Counted from the first letter of the stretch, positions 12,095 through 24,529 are shown. The stretch is 47,051 nt of DNA from Lama guanicoe (GCA_013239625.1 MU056050.1:738504-785554), one strand, 5' to 3'. Notes: a model not told the origin generated them from the sequence alone. Made by a program: numbers and translations.

Positions 12095-12298
12095 TTCATC
12101 ACATGATCTCACTTGATCCTTAGAATTACCTTGTGAGATAGACCCAGTACGTTTATTGTTGTTTTCATTGTCTTTATTTATAATGGAAGCAACTCAGAAG
12201 CATTAAACTATTCTCTCTGACGGTGTGGTTAGTAAACAGAGGACTCTAGTCTGGAACTCCTAAGTCCACCCTTTTCCCACTGCACAGTGCTGCCTCTC
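12095..12298 (-). mobile_element. MIR SINE
   Basis: 'atgatctcacttgatccttagaattaccttgtgagatag...cttttcccactgcacagtgctgcctc'. Confidence 0.65.
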
Positions 12299-13349
12299 CA
12301 CTCAGATTCTTGGGTGTAATTTAATGCAGCCTAGAGAAATTAAAAGTTACCCACTTGAAAGAGGAAAAAGTATTTCTCAATTTCTTAAGATATAGCTGGC
12401 ATTATGCATGCAAACAGGTTGAGGGAGCAGAATCCTCTCCCTTCAGATAAGGAACTCTTGAAAGGATAGAATCGTTCTAAGGCCTAATATTAATAGTGAG
12501 AAAGTGGTCTTTCCAAGGGGCCAATTAGAGGCTTGGTGGCATGAAGTATTTTACAGAATGTTATAGCTCAAAGAAGCTGAGGAAAGTTAGTTATCCCTGC
12601 CTTGAAGAATTGTGCAAAGTAGGTTAACAGCATTGCTTCCATTTTTTTTTTTATGAAAGAGAATGCCTTTCTAATTTTAGAGTCTTTCAAGAGGTGGGTA
12701 GGCTTTTGTGTGAGGGGAAGCTTTTCTCAGTGCTCATGTCCAGAGGTGCTTGTGAAATCATTTTGTATCCTGTTTGGAAAAAGAAGACAATGTGGTGGAA
12801 ATGAAAAATGAGTTTGCATAAAAAGTTATTTTTCCCAGAAGAGACGGTGGAAATAAGGCTCCAGAGCCATGCTTATTACTTTTTTCCCTAAGATAAAAAG
12901 ATGTGTGTTATCAGTTCAATGCAGGTATTAGGCTCCTTTAAATGTAAGGTGTCTCCTGATGTTATACAGAAGGAACTATTTATTTCGAATGTTGTTTGAG
13001 AAGGGACAAAGACTTTAAAACTCACGGTTCCTGGAGAGAGTTGGGTTTTCCCTAGCTTCTCAATATTTCCACTGTGATTTATTTTGTAAGTTCCAATTTT
13101 CAAAGCATTAAAATGGAGCTTATGAAATGACTGTTAATTTCAGAACCATTTTTCTTTTGGTTAAATAGCAAATATCCCAAATGCAAATACCCCCCCAAAA
13201 GAGAAGAAGGGTTTCCACCGTGGACTGGGGCCCCTTTATGGGCTGGCAGTTGTGTGTTGCTTTGTTTAAGTCGCTGAGGTTGGATTATATCCTGAGAAGC
13301 CATTTTTCAAATTTTGTTTTAACCAAAGAATTTACATGCACCATTGTTA

Positions 13350-15860
13350 TTTTTTTGTCTTTTATTTTTTTCCTTCCAGTGTTGAGATATAATTGACATA
13401 TAGCACTGTACAAGCTTAAGGTGCACAGCATAATGATTTGACTTACATACATTATTAAATGATTATCTCAATAAGTTTAGTGAACATCCATCTTCTCATA
13501 TAGATACAGAATTAAATAGAAAAAAATTTCCTTGTGACGAGAACTCTTAGGATTTACTTTTAACTTTCATATATAACATACAGCAGTGTTAATGATGTTT
13601 ACGTGTTGTACATTACATCCCTAGTACTTACTTATCTTATAATTGGAAGTTTGTACCTTTTGATTGCCTTCATCCAACTCCTCCCCCACCCCCCCAACCT
13701 CTGGTAACCATTTTCTATGAGTTTGTTTGTTTTTGAACTATAATTGATCCATAACACTGTTAGCCTCTGTTACATAGCATAATGTGATATTTCTATACAT
13801 TGCAAAATACTCACCACAATAAGTGTAGTTATGATATGTCACCATACAAAGATATTACAGTTATTGACAATATTCCCCACACTGTACATTTTATACCCAT
13901 GACTCATTTATCTGTAACTGAAAATTTATACTTCTTAATCTCCCTTACCCATTTCTTTTTTCCTCCCAATTTCTCTCAGCTCTGGTAACCAATCACCTAT
14001 TTGTTTTGTGTATCTATAACTTTTTTTCTGTTTTGTTATATGTGTTCATTTGTTTTTTAGATTCCATATAGACATGAAATTATATAGTGCTTGTCTTTCT
14101 CTCTCTGACTTACCTCGCTTAGCCTAATACCCTCTAGGTCCATCCATGTTGTTGAAAATAGCAAGATTTCATTATTTTTATGATTGAGTGATATTCCATT
14201 GTGTGTGTTTGTGTGTATATATGTATATATATACCATATCTTCTTTATCCATTCAGTTATTGGTGGGCACCTAGGTTGCTTACATGTCTTCACTGCTGTA
14301 AATAGTGCTGCAATGAACATAAGGGTACATATATTTTTTCTAATTAGTGTTTTCATTTTCTGTGAATAAATAACAAGTAGAATTTCTGGATCATATGATA
14401 GTTCTATTTTGGATTTTTTGATGAACTCCATACTCTTCTATAGTGGCTGAGCCAATTTACATCCCACCAACAGTGTGCAAGGGTTCCCTTTTCCCTACAT
14501 TCTCACCAATACTTGTTATTTGTTTTTTTAATAATAACCGTTCTGCCAGGTGTGAGGTGATAATCTCAGTTTGATTTTGATTTGCATTTCCCTGATGATT
14601 AGTGATGTTGAGTATCTTTTCATGTTCCTATTAGCCATCTGTATGTGTTCTTTGGGAAAATGTCGATTCAGCTCTTCTGCCCATTTTTAAATCAGTTTGT
14701 TTTTTAATGTTGAGTTGTATGAGTTTTGTATACTTTGGACATTAACCTCATGTTGGATATATTGTTTGCAAATATCTTCTCCCATTAAGCAGGCAGTCTT
14801 TTCGTTTTGTTGATAGTTTCCTTTGTCATATAAAAAGCTTTTTAGTTTGATGTGGTCTCATTTATTTGTTTTCTTTTGTTTCCCTTTCCTGAGGAGACAT
14901 AACCAAAAAAATACTAAGACTGGTGTCAAAGAATTTATGCCTATGTTTTCTTCTAGAAGATTTATGGTTTCAGGTCTTGCATTTAAATCTTTAATTCGTA
15001 TTTATTTTTGTGCATGGTGTGAGAGAGTAGTCCAGTGTGATTCTCTTGCATTTAGCTGTCCAGTTTTCCTAACACCATTTCCCAACACCATGAGGAGGCT
15101 ATCTTTTCCCATTGTATATTCTTGCCTCCTTTGTTGTAGATTAATTACCTACATAAGTGTGGGTTTATTTCTGGGATGTCTGTTCTGTTTCATTGATCTA
15201 TGTGTCTGTTTTTGTGCCAGTCGCATACTGTTTTGATTACTGTAGGTCTGTAGTATAGTTTGGAATACTGGAGAGTGATACGTCCAGCTTTGTTTTCTCT
15301 CAAAGTTGTTTTGGCTATTTGGGGTCTTTTGTGTTTTCATACAAGATTCTGAATTCTTTGTACCAATTCTGTGAAAAATGTCATGGGTATTTTGAATCTG
15401 CAGATTTACTAGTGTGGTATGGTTATTTTAACAATATTAATTCTTCCAACCCAAGTACATGGTATAGCTTTTCATTTGTGTCATCTTCAGTTTCTTTCAT
15501 CAATGTCTTATAGTTTTCCAAGTATAGATCATTTATCTCCTTAGTTAGATATATTCCCAGGTAATTTTTTTTGATGTGATTGTAAATAGAATTGTTTTCT
15601 TAATTTCACGTTCTGATAGTCCTTTGTTGGTATGTAGAAGCACAACAGATTTCTATATATTAATTTTTTGTCTTGCAACTTTAGTGAATTCATTGAAGAT
15701 TTCTAGTAATTTTTTGGTGGTATCTTCAGAATTTTCTATATATAGTAGCATGTTATTGGGAAACAATGGCAGTTTTACTTCTTCCTTTCCAATTTAGAAT
15801 CCTTTTATTTCTTCTCTGACTGCTGTGGCTAGGCCTTCCAATACTACATAGAATAAAAGG
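13350..15860 (-). mobile_element. L1 (laurasiatherian L1MA/L1_Carn-like) 3' UTR plus C-terminal half of ORF2
   Basis: T-rich tail; ORF 14057-14431 'KIELSYDPEILL...CTLMFIAALFT...TTWMDLEGIRLSEVSQREKDKH' is the ORF2p C-terminus. Confidence 0.95.
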
Positions 15861-17775
15861 CTGATAGTCTTATGGGAGTTCCCTTATATATAGCTTGTTA
15901 GTTTCCTCTTGCTGCTTTTGGTATTCTGTTTTTACCATTTTCATTACCATATGTCTCGGTGTGTTCATCTTTGCATTGGTCCTATTTGAGACTCTCTGTG
16001 CTTTCTGGAACTCGATGTCTGTTTCCTTTCCCAGGTTAGAGAAGTTTTTCAGCTATAGTATCTTCAAATATATTGTCTGCCCCTTTCTCTATCTCTCTTC
16101 TCCTCCTGGTGACCCCTATAATGCGAATGTTAATATGCTTAATCTTGTTCCAGAGGTTCTCTTAAACTGTTCTCTTGTTTTTAAAAATTCTTTTTTTCTA
16201 TTTAGCTTGAGTGATTTCCACTACTCTGTCTTCTTGTTCACTAATCCATTCCTCTGTATCATCTTGCCTACTGTTGATTCCTTCTATATATTTATTTCAG
16301 TTATTCTCTTCTCCAGCTCTGTTTTGTTTTTTCTTTATATTTTCTGACTCTTTGTTAAAGACTTCTAACTTCTCGCCCTGTGCATCTGTTCTCTCAAGTT
16401 CTTTGAGCATCTTTATGACCATTACTTTAAACTCTTTCTTGGGTAGCTTGGTTAATTCCACTTGACTTAATTCTTCTTCTAGGGTTTCATTTAGTTCCTT
16501 CATTTGGAACATATTCCTTTGTTGCCTCAAATTTTGCCTACTTCTGTTTTTATTTCTATGTATTTGGAAGCTTAGTAATATTTCCCAATCTTGGAGAAGT
16601 GACCTTTTGTAGGAAACATCCTGTGTAGGGCCCAGCTACATACTCCCTTTTGGTCACCATGCTCTTGGGGTATCTTCTATGTGGGCTACATGGGTCTTTC
16701 TGTTGTGGCAGGCTGACGACTGTCAGCATGTTGGTAAGCATGGGTGGCTCCTGATGTATTTGGTTGCTCGGCTCTGCCTGTGCAGTGGTTGCTGACCACT
16801 GGTGGGCAGTGTCAGGTCCTGGCATGGCTACCCTTATAGCCAGAGGAATTCTGGTTCTGATACCGGTCCACTGGTGGACTGGGCTGGATCATGAGGCAAC
16901 TAGCTACTGAACCCTGGATGGGTCCGGGGCCTAGTGCTGGCTGGTGCAAAGCCAGGTGCTGGTCTGACTGGCTGTCGGGTGGGGTTCTGGAGCTAGTGTC
17001 AGCCTACTGATGGGTGGAGCTGTTCCCCGCCCCAGCTAGCTGCTTGGCCTGGAGTGTCCTAGGACTGGTACTGACTGGCTGGTGAGCGGGGCTAATAAGC
17101 TAGAGGGAGAATTACAAAATGGCACTTGGCAGCAGCAGTGTCCCTGTGTAGTATGAGCTCCCCCAAAATGGCTGCTGGCAGAGTCCATGTCCCCAGAGTG
17201 AGCTATAGTTTCCTCTTGCCTCTCCAGGAGACCCTCAAAGATCAACAAGTGGATCTGACCCAGGCTCCATTCAAGTTACTGCTTCTGCCTTGGGTCCCAG
17301 AGCATATGAGACTTTGTGTGTGCCCTTCAAGAGTGGAGTCTATTTCTCACAGTCTTCTGGCTCTCTCAGAAGTAAGCCCCACTGGCCTTTAAAGCCAAAC
17401 TTTCTGGGGGCTTGGCTTCTTGGTGCAGGACCCATGGACTTGGGAACCCAATGTCATACTTGGAAACTTTGCTCTTTGGGGAGAACCTCTGCAGTTGTAA
17501 TTATCTTCCCATTGGTGGGTCACCTCCCTGAGGGTATGGGTCTTGACTATATCATGTCTTTGTCCCTCTTACCTATCTTGTGTTTACTTCTTTATATCTT
17601 AAGTTGTAGAATATCTTTTCTGCTAGTCTTCAGGTTGTTCTTATCGATAGTTGACAGTTGAGATACTAAAGGTTATGGTTGTGTAGATAGTTGCTTTGAA
17701 AATAATTGTAGTTTTGGTGTGTCTTTGGGAGGAGGTTAGCTCAGGGTTTTCCTACTCTACCATTTTGGCCACCTC
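15861..17775 (-). mobile_element. L1 5' UTR plus N-terminal/central ORF1
   Basis: ORF 16297-16530 'MRQQRNMFQMKE...LPKKEFKVMVIKMLKEL' is the ORF1p N-terminus; GC-richer 5' UTR; 5' terminus sense 'gaggtggccaaaatggtagagtag' carries a decayed YY1 site. Confidence 0.9.
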
Positions 17776-17855
17776 AACTATCAGATTTTTAGTGCATGAT
17801 TAAGTTTCTACCAACTTGTAAAACAAACACAATAGAACTTTCTTTCCATCCCCTT

Positions 17856-18533
17856 TTGTTAGTTTCCTAGGGCTGTTGTAACAAAGTACCACAAACTATG
17901 TGGCTTAAAACAACAGAACTTTATTCTCTTATAGTTCTGGAGCCTGGAGTCTGCAATCAGGATGTCAACAGGGCCATCTCCTTCTGCCATTCTAGGTAGA
18001 ACCCTTCCTTGCCTCTTCCTAATTCCTGGGGTGGCTGTTGATCCTTGGTGTTCTTTGATAGCAGCTGCATCACTCTGATCTCTCCCTGTTTTCTTATGGC
18101 ATTCTCTCTGTTTGCCTCTAACTTGACATGTTTTTTTCTCCCTCTTATCAGCTACCATTGGATTAAGGGCCTATCCTACTCCAGTATGACCTCATCTTAA
18201 CTATAGTTGACCCTTGAACAACGTGGGTTTAAACTGTTTGGATCCATTTATATGTGAATTTTTTCAACACTAAAAATTACAATAGTGAATCATCTACAGT
18301 TGATTTGAATCCTTGGATGGGGAACTACGGGTGCAGAGGAACTGTAGATATGAGGGATGACTATAAACTGTATGTGGATTTTTAACTATGTAGAGGGTTG
18401 GTGCCCCTAATCCTTATACTGTTCAAGTTTCAACTGTAATTACATCTGCAATGAGTATTTCCAAATAAGTTCACATTCTGAGGTACTGAGGATCAGGACT
18501 TACCTTTTTGGGGAAAACAAGCCAACCCATAAC
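17856..18533 (-). mobile_element. MaLR solo LTR (MLT1C/B-like) interrupted by Tigger2
   Basis: 'ttagtttcctagggctgttgtaacaaagtaccacaaact...ggcttaaaacaacagaa...ccagtatgacctcatcttaacta|attacatctgcaatg...caacccataaca'. Confidence 0.92.
18204..18436 (+). mobile_element. Tigger2-derived MITE (TcMar-Tigger)
   Basis: TIRs 'tagttgacccttgaacaac'/'tgttcaagtttcaactg' with TA target duplication. Confidence 0.9.
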
Positions 18534-18544
18534 ACCTTCTAACA

Positions 18545-19110
18545 ACTGCCCTGTATCATTCTCCACGTCTTAATTCTACACTTGCTGAATGAGTTATCTG
18601 TACTCACTGTCTATCCTTTCACTCCTCAGTGCACTTAAAAAAATCTATTATCACTCCTCTAAATCTTTTTACTAACCTCCTTGTACAACATCCAGTGGAA
18701 AGTCACAGTTTTATCTCACTTGTTCTCCTAGAAACTTTTGACATTGTTGGCCCCTCCCTTCTTAAACTTCTCTTCCTGTGACATTGATGAAACCTCTCCT
18801 TGTTTACTTCCTATTTTGGGGGACTCTTTCTCCTTATTGCTGCCTCTTTTGTCCATGTCTTAAATGTAGGACTTTTTTAGGGTTCTGTTCTAGGCCCCTG
18901 TCTTACTCCACATAATTTCTCAATCTAATCCATTCTGATGGCTTAAATTACAAAATGCATGCAGATGATTTTGAAATCTCCATCTTTAGCTCCTATCTCT
19001 TTCCTGAGTGTCACACCCATCTCAAGTGCCTCCACAATAGATAACTGGGATGTTCCACAGGCACCTCAAAGCTGAAATCATCTTTCCACCACACTTGATC
19101 ACTCTTATTT
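18545..19110 (+). mobile_element. L2 LINE fragment
   Basis: Pyrimidine-rich L2 RT region 'tttgacattgttggcccctccc...atgcagatgattttgaaatctccatc...ggatgttccacaggcacctcaaa'. Confidence 0.8.
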
Positions 19111-19114
19111 TTTG

Positions 19115-19400
19115 TGCTTTAAATATTTCAATTCAAATGATTTCATTTTAAGAAATGGAGTAGGGCTGCAGCCTTTCATTTATTTGAAATGATTAGCTAG
19201 TCAGTGTAAACTCATTTATTGAATAATCCCTTTTCTTTACCAACTAGAAATGCCACTTTTATCTCAAACTATTCCTATATCTGGTTAAGTCTATCTTTAT
19301 TTTGTCTAATCTTGTTCAGTGACCTATGTATCTATTTCTTATTATCAAAAAGTTTTAATTATTGCAGCTACATAATGTTTTAATAGACAATGTCTGTGCT
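19115..19400 (-). mobile_element. Old L1 (L1ME-like) fragment
   Basis: 'catttattgaataatccc...gaaatgccacttttatc...gttttaattattgcagct'. Confidence 0.6.
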
Positions 19401-20164
19401 CCTGAACATTTGAACTATCTCCCCTTCACTCTTTTGGTTATTCATGGTCAGTAGAAACCTCTTATCCTATGTGGTTTTCGTGAGTGCCACACAGTGGCAC
19501 TAATTTTTTTCCTGCTTATTGTTATTCTAGCACTTGGCTGGACATGGGGATGTTAATTTTAATGGGAATCTTGGGGGAAAGAAGGAATGGCTTCTGCCAG
19601 AGCCTCAGTTCTTTCAGCCTAATCAATTAGAAATGCTTTGTGGCTGCTACTCTGGATGGGATGGAAATTTGCAGTTATCATATTCTCAGCTCTGCAATCC
19701 GCCATGCTGCCATCCTGTCTCTCACCTTCAGAAATTTCTAAGAGCATCAGATTTCACCCTTTGTTCCTAATAAGGAGAGTACAAAGACTACTGTAATTTG
19801 ACCTGGGAGCCTTGGGGAACAGATTGTGTGTAGAGTGCCACCATGGGGTGGTCCTTCTAAGATTTCCTATATAATTTACTTTCATGACTGATCATCTGTT
19901 GAGCTTACTTGTATATTCTGTCTTTTTAAGGGAAATTGCCTAAACTAACAACTCCTAAAATGTTTTAATGTATATCTGGGGTGTATGTAACACTTCAATT
20001 TTTCTATCAACAAAAAGAAAACTGAACTGTTTGGCCCCAGTCTTTGCACTGTCCAAGTTCCCCTATTCACTGCAGCCACTGTGATTTGACTCGCTTATCT
20101 CTTACCTCCAGCCTAGGCTTTTGGGCTGAGCTATTGATTTTATACACACACACAAACACACATG

Positions 20165-21130
20165 CCCCAAACACGGTGTCTTTAAAATGAAAGTCATAAT
20201 CTTCTGTCTGAAATCTACTTTTCTTCTGAAATTTCTTCTTTTTTTTAATGTATTTTTTTTTACATTTTTTTATTGATTCATAATCATTTTACAATATTGT
20301 GTCAAATTCCAGTGTTCAGCACAATTTTTCAGTCATTCATGGACTTATACACACTTACTGTCACATTTTTTTCTCTGTGATTTATCATAACATTTTGTGT
20401 ATATTTCCCTGTGCTATACAGTGTAATCTTGTTTATCTATTCTACAATTTTGAAATTTGAAATTTCTTCTTTTGATAAATGACCAGCAACCTCCAGAAAT
20501 ATAGTAGTCAGTCTTGGTCATTTCCTCAACTATTTTAACAACCTCCTAACTGGTATTCTTGCTTCCTCTTCTATTCCTCCTCAAGCTACGTTCTACCCAG
20601 TAGTTGAAATAGCTTTCTAACATACAAATCTTACCACATCAGATTCTGCTTAAATCTCTTTAATGGCCTCCCATTGCTGTTAGATTAAGTATAAATTATC
20701 TCAACATAGCCTGCAAGCCCTGAATAGTCTGCCTACCTCTATACTTCCTTTTTCTTCTTTCCCATGTGCTGTCTACTGACAGTCATGGATATTTTGCCTT
20801 CTAAATACATTGTGAATGTATCTACAGAGCTCCATCTCTGGTATCACCACCCCATTTCAAGGTACCATTTTTTCTCTACTTCATGTTCATTTTTAGATGA
20901 CTAGCTGGTTTTCCTGATTCCACTCTTGTCTCCTTTCAGCCCATCTCCACAGAGAAGTTAAGGCAATCTGCTGAATATAGGCTCCTATAACTGCTCTGCT
21001 TTTAACTTCCCTTTTATATACAGCATAAAACACCATCTTTTTAGTATAACATATAAGACCCTCCATGATCTTACTTTAGCCCTATAATTTTCAGCCATGC
21101 CCTGATATTCATTCTCCTTGTATGTAGCTT
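20165..21130 (+). mobile_element. L2 fragments interrupted by a young L1
   Basis: 'aacaacctcctaactggtattcttgcttcc...ctgcttaaatctctttaatggcctcccattgc...ctgcaagccctg'. Confidence 0.7.
20243..20457 (-). mobile_element. Young lineage-specific (camelid-type) L1 3' fragment with 16-bp TSD
   Basis: Poly-T tail then 'ttattgattcataatcattttacaatattgtgtcaaattccagtgttcagcac'; perfect TSD tgaaatttcttctttt at 20227-20242 and 20458-20473. Confidence 0.92.
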
Positions 21131-21264
21131 TAACCATAGTTATGATAATAATAATCATTCCCAAATATTCCTAGCAGTTACCAGTTATTAACCATCTTTA
21201 ATATACCAGCTCTGTAAGTATCTTTACTTCTCAAAATAATTTTTCTATTTAGGTATTATAGAAC

Positions 21265-21710
21265 CACTGATCTGGCTTCAATATTAATTGGGATGCTGGC
21301 TATGGGTTTGATTTAAAAATATTTATCATGTTAAGTGATTTATCCTTCTATTAAGTTTTTATTAGGAATACAACCATAGAATTCAGTAAATACCTTTAAT
21401 ATACATTGAGATGGTCATGTAGATACTTTTTCATTGATCTGTTGATAGGGGATATATTATGGTTGTAGGTTTCTAATATTAAAGGAATTTGAGGAATTAA
21501 TCTTACTTGGTGTCATGGTATTTTAATCTTATACTGCTGTACTTAATTATTATTTTATTTACCATTTTTAGATCTATGTTCATAACTGAGACGGGTCAGT
21601 ATCTTTTGTATGTGTTTACATGTTTGTGTGCACGTGCATATATGTGCTGTCTTTATCAGCTTTGATATAAGAATTGTGCTGCCCTAATCAAATAAATTGA
21701 TAAATTTATT
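21265..21710 (-). mobile_element. Old L1M ORF2 fragment
   Basis: 'gatgctggctatgggtttg...ttgagatggtcatgtag...atctatgttcataactgagacgggtcagta'. Confidence 0.7.
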
Positions 21711-21719
21711 CATTATTCC

Positions 21720-21845
21720 TTAATTGCTTGTGTTATATGTATCTACCTCATTCAATTTTAAGTTCCATGAAGGCAGGAATCATTCCTAGGGATAATCCTA
21801 GCACAGAACATTATAATCAAATATTTGCTGAATGTTTGAATGAAT
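21720..21845 (+). mobile_element. L2 3' end
   Basis: 'aagttccatgaaggcagga...aaatatttgctgaatgtttgaatgaat'. Confidence 0.7.
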
Positions 21846-22159
21846 CCTCGTGTTATAAATAGAAAGCTGAGCCTTAAAGTGTTGAATTAACCAGTTAGTA
21901 AATTGCAGAGAGGGTCCTAGGAATGTATAAATAGAACCTCATGGCCCAGACTTGAGTAGCAATATAGTGTGATGAGTTGGAAATTTGACTTTGTGGTTAA
22001 AATTCAAGAATGGAAAATAAAGTCTCAAAGTAGTCCAGTAACTATCTTATCTTGTCTTGATTTAGACTTTTGGGCACCATTCTGACTCCAGCGTCTGTGC
22101 AACTCAACTTCTTCTTTATTATGTTGCCTCTCAAACTACTTATATTTCCTTATATATTC

Positions 22160-22284
22160 AGGGTGATGGCATAAACGTATTGTCCAAAGTGGGACAATTT
22201 TGAAAATGAAAAGGGTTGCTATTTATGCCTGGATCACAGGCGTAATTGGGAGTATCTTGGGTACCAGGAGGTACGATCTTCTTA
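22160..22284 (+). mobile_element. MER94 (hAT-Blackjack MITE)
   Basis: 'agggtgatggcataaacgtattgtccaaagtgggacaattttgaaaatgaaaagggttgctatt...caggcgtaa' matches the MER94 consensus. Confidence 0.8.
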
Positions 22285-22304
22285 CACATACATTTATGAT
22301 ACGT

Positions 22305-22680
22305 TGTCTCTCATATCCATACCTTTGCTCATTCTGTGCCCTCTGCCTGAAATGCCATTTCTCTTTTGTCTACGCCCACTCTTACTAGTAGTTTAAATGC
22401 TTCCTGCTCTGGGAAGCCTTGTCAGTTCCCTCCTTCCCCCTGGACTTAATCAAATGTTTTACTCTTGTGTGTCTTCAGCATTTTGAGATTATTATGTTCT
22501 ACAACTTATCATACTCTCCTGAAACCATGTATTCATCTTCCTGATAGACTGTGAGCTACCTGATAGGATATGAAGGCAGGGACCATATTTTCGTTTTCCC
22601 CTGTGTCTCGCAGTGCTTGGTCCATTGTAAGCACTCATTATTTGTTGAATATGTGAATGCATAAGTAAATGAATGAAACA
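22305..22680 (+). mobile_element. L2 3' end
   Basis: 'tagactgtgagctacctga...gaaggcagggaccat...gtaagcactcattatttgttgaatatgtgaatg'. Confidence 0.85.
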
Positions 22681-23114
22681 CAAAATCAAATTGTTCTCTC
22701 CATACCAGAGAACTGCTGTCTTTTGTGAAGGGAGTAGGGCAGGAAAATGTGTTCATGGTTTCCACTTGACATGCATGACTGAGATCTCTCCACTGCCAGT
22801 CCTTTAGGAAACATTAGGACAGGAACAGATGGCCTCACCATGCTGTGAGGTTTGCTGAAAGAGGGCTTAAACAATTCAGCTTCCACTGGTGGTCACACTG
22901 CCTGGAATGCCACCATCACAGCCATCCCTTTCGGGGTAAAAACTGTCTCCAGATGGCCACTCCTAAAGTATTACATATATTATCTGAGAGGAGTAGCCCT
23001 CTAAATGATCACTATTTCTTCTACCCACTTACATTTCTCTGGGAATCAGATTTAATATGTGGAATGGGTGAATCTGGGTGGCAATTTGGGAGGTCCAGTG
23101 GATGGAATTTTTTT

Positions 23115-23265
23115 TTGTCTGTAATTATTTATCTATGTGATTGATGTCTGTCTCACCCAATGTGCTGTGAGCTCTGTGAAGGCAAAGATACGTCTTCTTT
23201 GTAGACCAAAGCAACCATTGTAGTGCCTGACGTGCAATAGGTGTTCAGTATTATTTATTGACTAA
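23115..23265 (+). mobile_element. L2 3' end
   Basis: 'ctgtgagctctgtgaaggcaaaga...tagtgcctgacgtgcaataggtgttcagtattatttattga'. Confidence 0.8.
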
Positions 23266-23494
23266 TGATTCTGGCTCATATACCACTTTGTGCATATTTA
23301 TTGGCCTTATATCATCAAGTCTTACTTGTTTATTTACATATTGTTAGACCCTGCTTTTATGCAACCTCTCTAGAACTGACATATATTACACTTGCGAGTT
23401 CAGCCTGCCCAGCCCAGCTTCAGATCCAACTGCTGCAGAACCTGTATCACCACCTGGAGCCCTGTCTTGGTTTGCACCCCCAAACCTGGTAACT

Positions 23495-23521
23495 TGTGTG
23501 TGTGTGTGTGTGTGTGTGTGT
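23495..23521. repeat. (TG)n microsatellite
   Basis: About 13 TG units. Confidence 0.95.
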
Positions 23522-23724
23522 AGGCCAAGCCTCAGGGCCCCTGGGTGCTTAAGGAACCACAGCCTTCCTGCTAACTCTTTCTGTTCTGAACTTCAGATAG
23601 CCCTGATAGGCTCTTGCGAATTCCCCTTCTCCACCTTCTTGGGATTAGATCATGCTTCTTGTATGCTCAGGTTCTGGGTACGGCTCTCTACTGCAAGATT
23701 GGATTAGAATTCTCAGTTTAGTGG

Positions 23725-23832
23725 GAGCTTCCAACTATCAGGCACCTTGTTTTGTTCATTGCTATATTTCTGATAGTCTAGGATATTTCTTGGCACAGAG
23801 TGGGTTTCAATACATTCCCTGCGAATGAACGA
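23725..23832 (+). mobile_element. L2 3' end
   Basis: 'ttgttttgttcattgctatatttc...ttggcacagagtgggtttcaatacatt...gaatgaacgaa'. Confidence 0.65.
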
Positions 23833-23899
23833 ACAATGGAGCATTTTCCAGGGAAAGCACGCTTGCTGTTGGGAGGTGGTGGTCTTGGACAGTCGTAGT

Positions 23900-24130
23900 A
23901 ATAGCCACCATAGCTAGTATTTATTGTTTGACCATTCTATGCCAAGCCTTGTCCTAAGCATTTTAAAAACTTTTCTAATTGGCATGATGATATTATGAAG
24001 CAGGTGGTATTATCTTCTTTTTACAGATCAGTATACTAAGGGTCAGAGAGGTTAGCAGCATGACTAGGGTCACATAGTAAATGGTGATAAGCCATATCGT
24101 TGATACCAGAGCCCCCATACTTTCCATTTC
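23900..24130 (-). mobile_element. MIR SINE
   Basis: 'atagctagtatttattg...tatgccaagccttgtcctaagca...ttacagat...agagaggttagcagcatgactagggtcacatag'. Confidence 0.8.
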
Positions 24131-24529
24131 ATCATATGAGAGAGTCCTACACAGGTGGCAGTGGGGTGGCAATTGGGAAGCACAGATAGGTTAGGGAGGT
24201 TGTATGGGTACTAAAGATAAACTCCATTGCCTGACATGTTTGCCAAGTACCAACTGTGCTGCCCTTGAATCTGAAGTTGTGCTGTAACCAGAAGAGTTGG
24301 GCTGTCCATCTCTGAGAAATCTGTGGCTCAATAAGCACTGAGAGCAGACAGGGCACTGAAGGTGGGGCAGGGATCAATTGTGCTGGGAGGCGGCTCTGTT
24401 TTGTTCATTACTGCTCTGTGTAGTAGTTAGTGCTTACATAGGATTTTAAGCTGAGCAAAATAGTTTATAATTTTGGATTATCTGGTTCCCTAAGATAAAA
24501 CCACAGATTGATTCATATATGAAATCTGT

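Noticed and set aside
13335..17792. TSD for the internally deleted L1
   Set aside because: The flanks share only T-rich similarity, which is not convincing.
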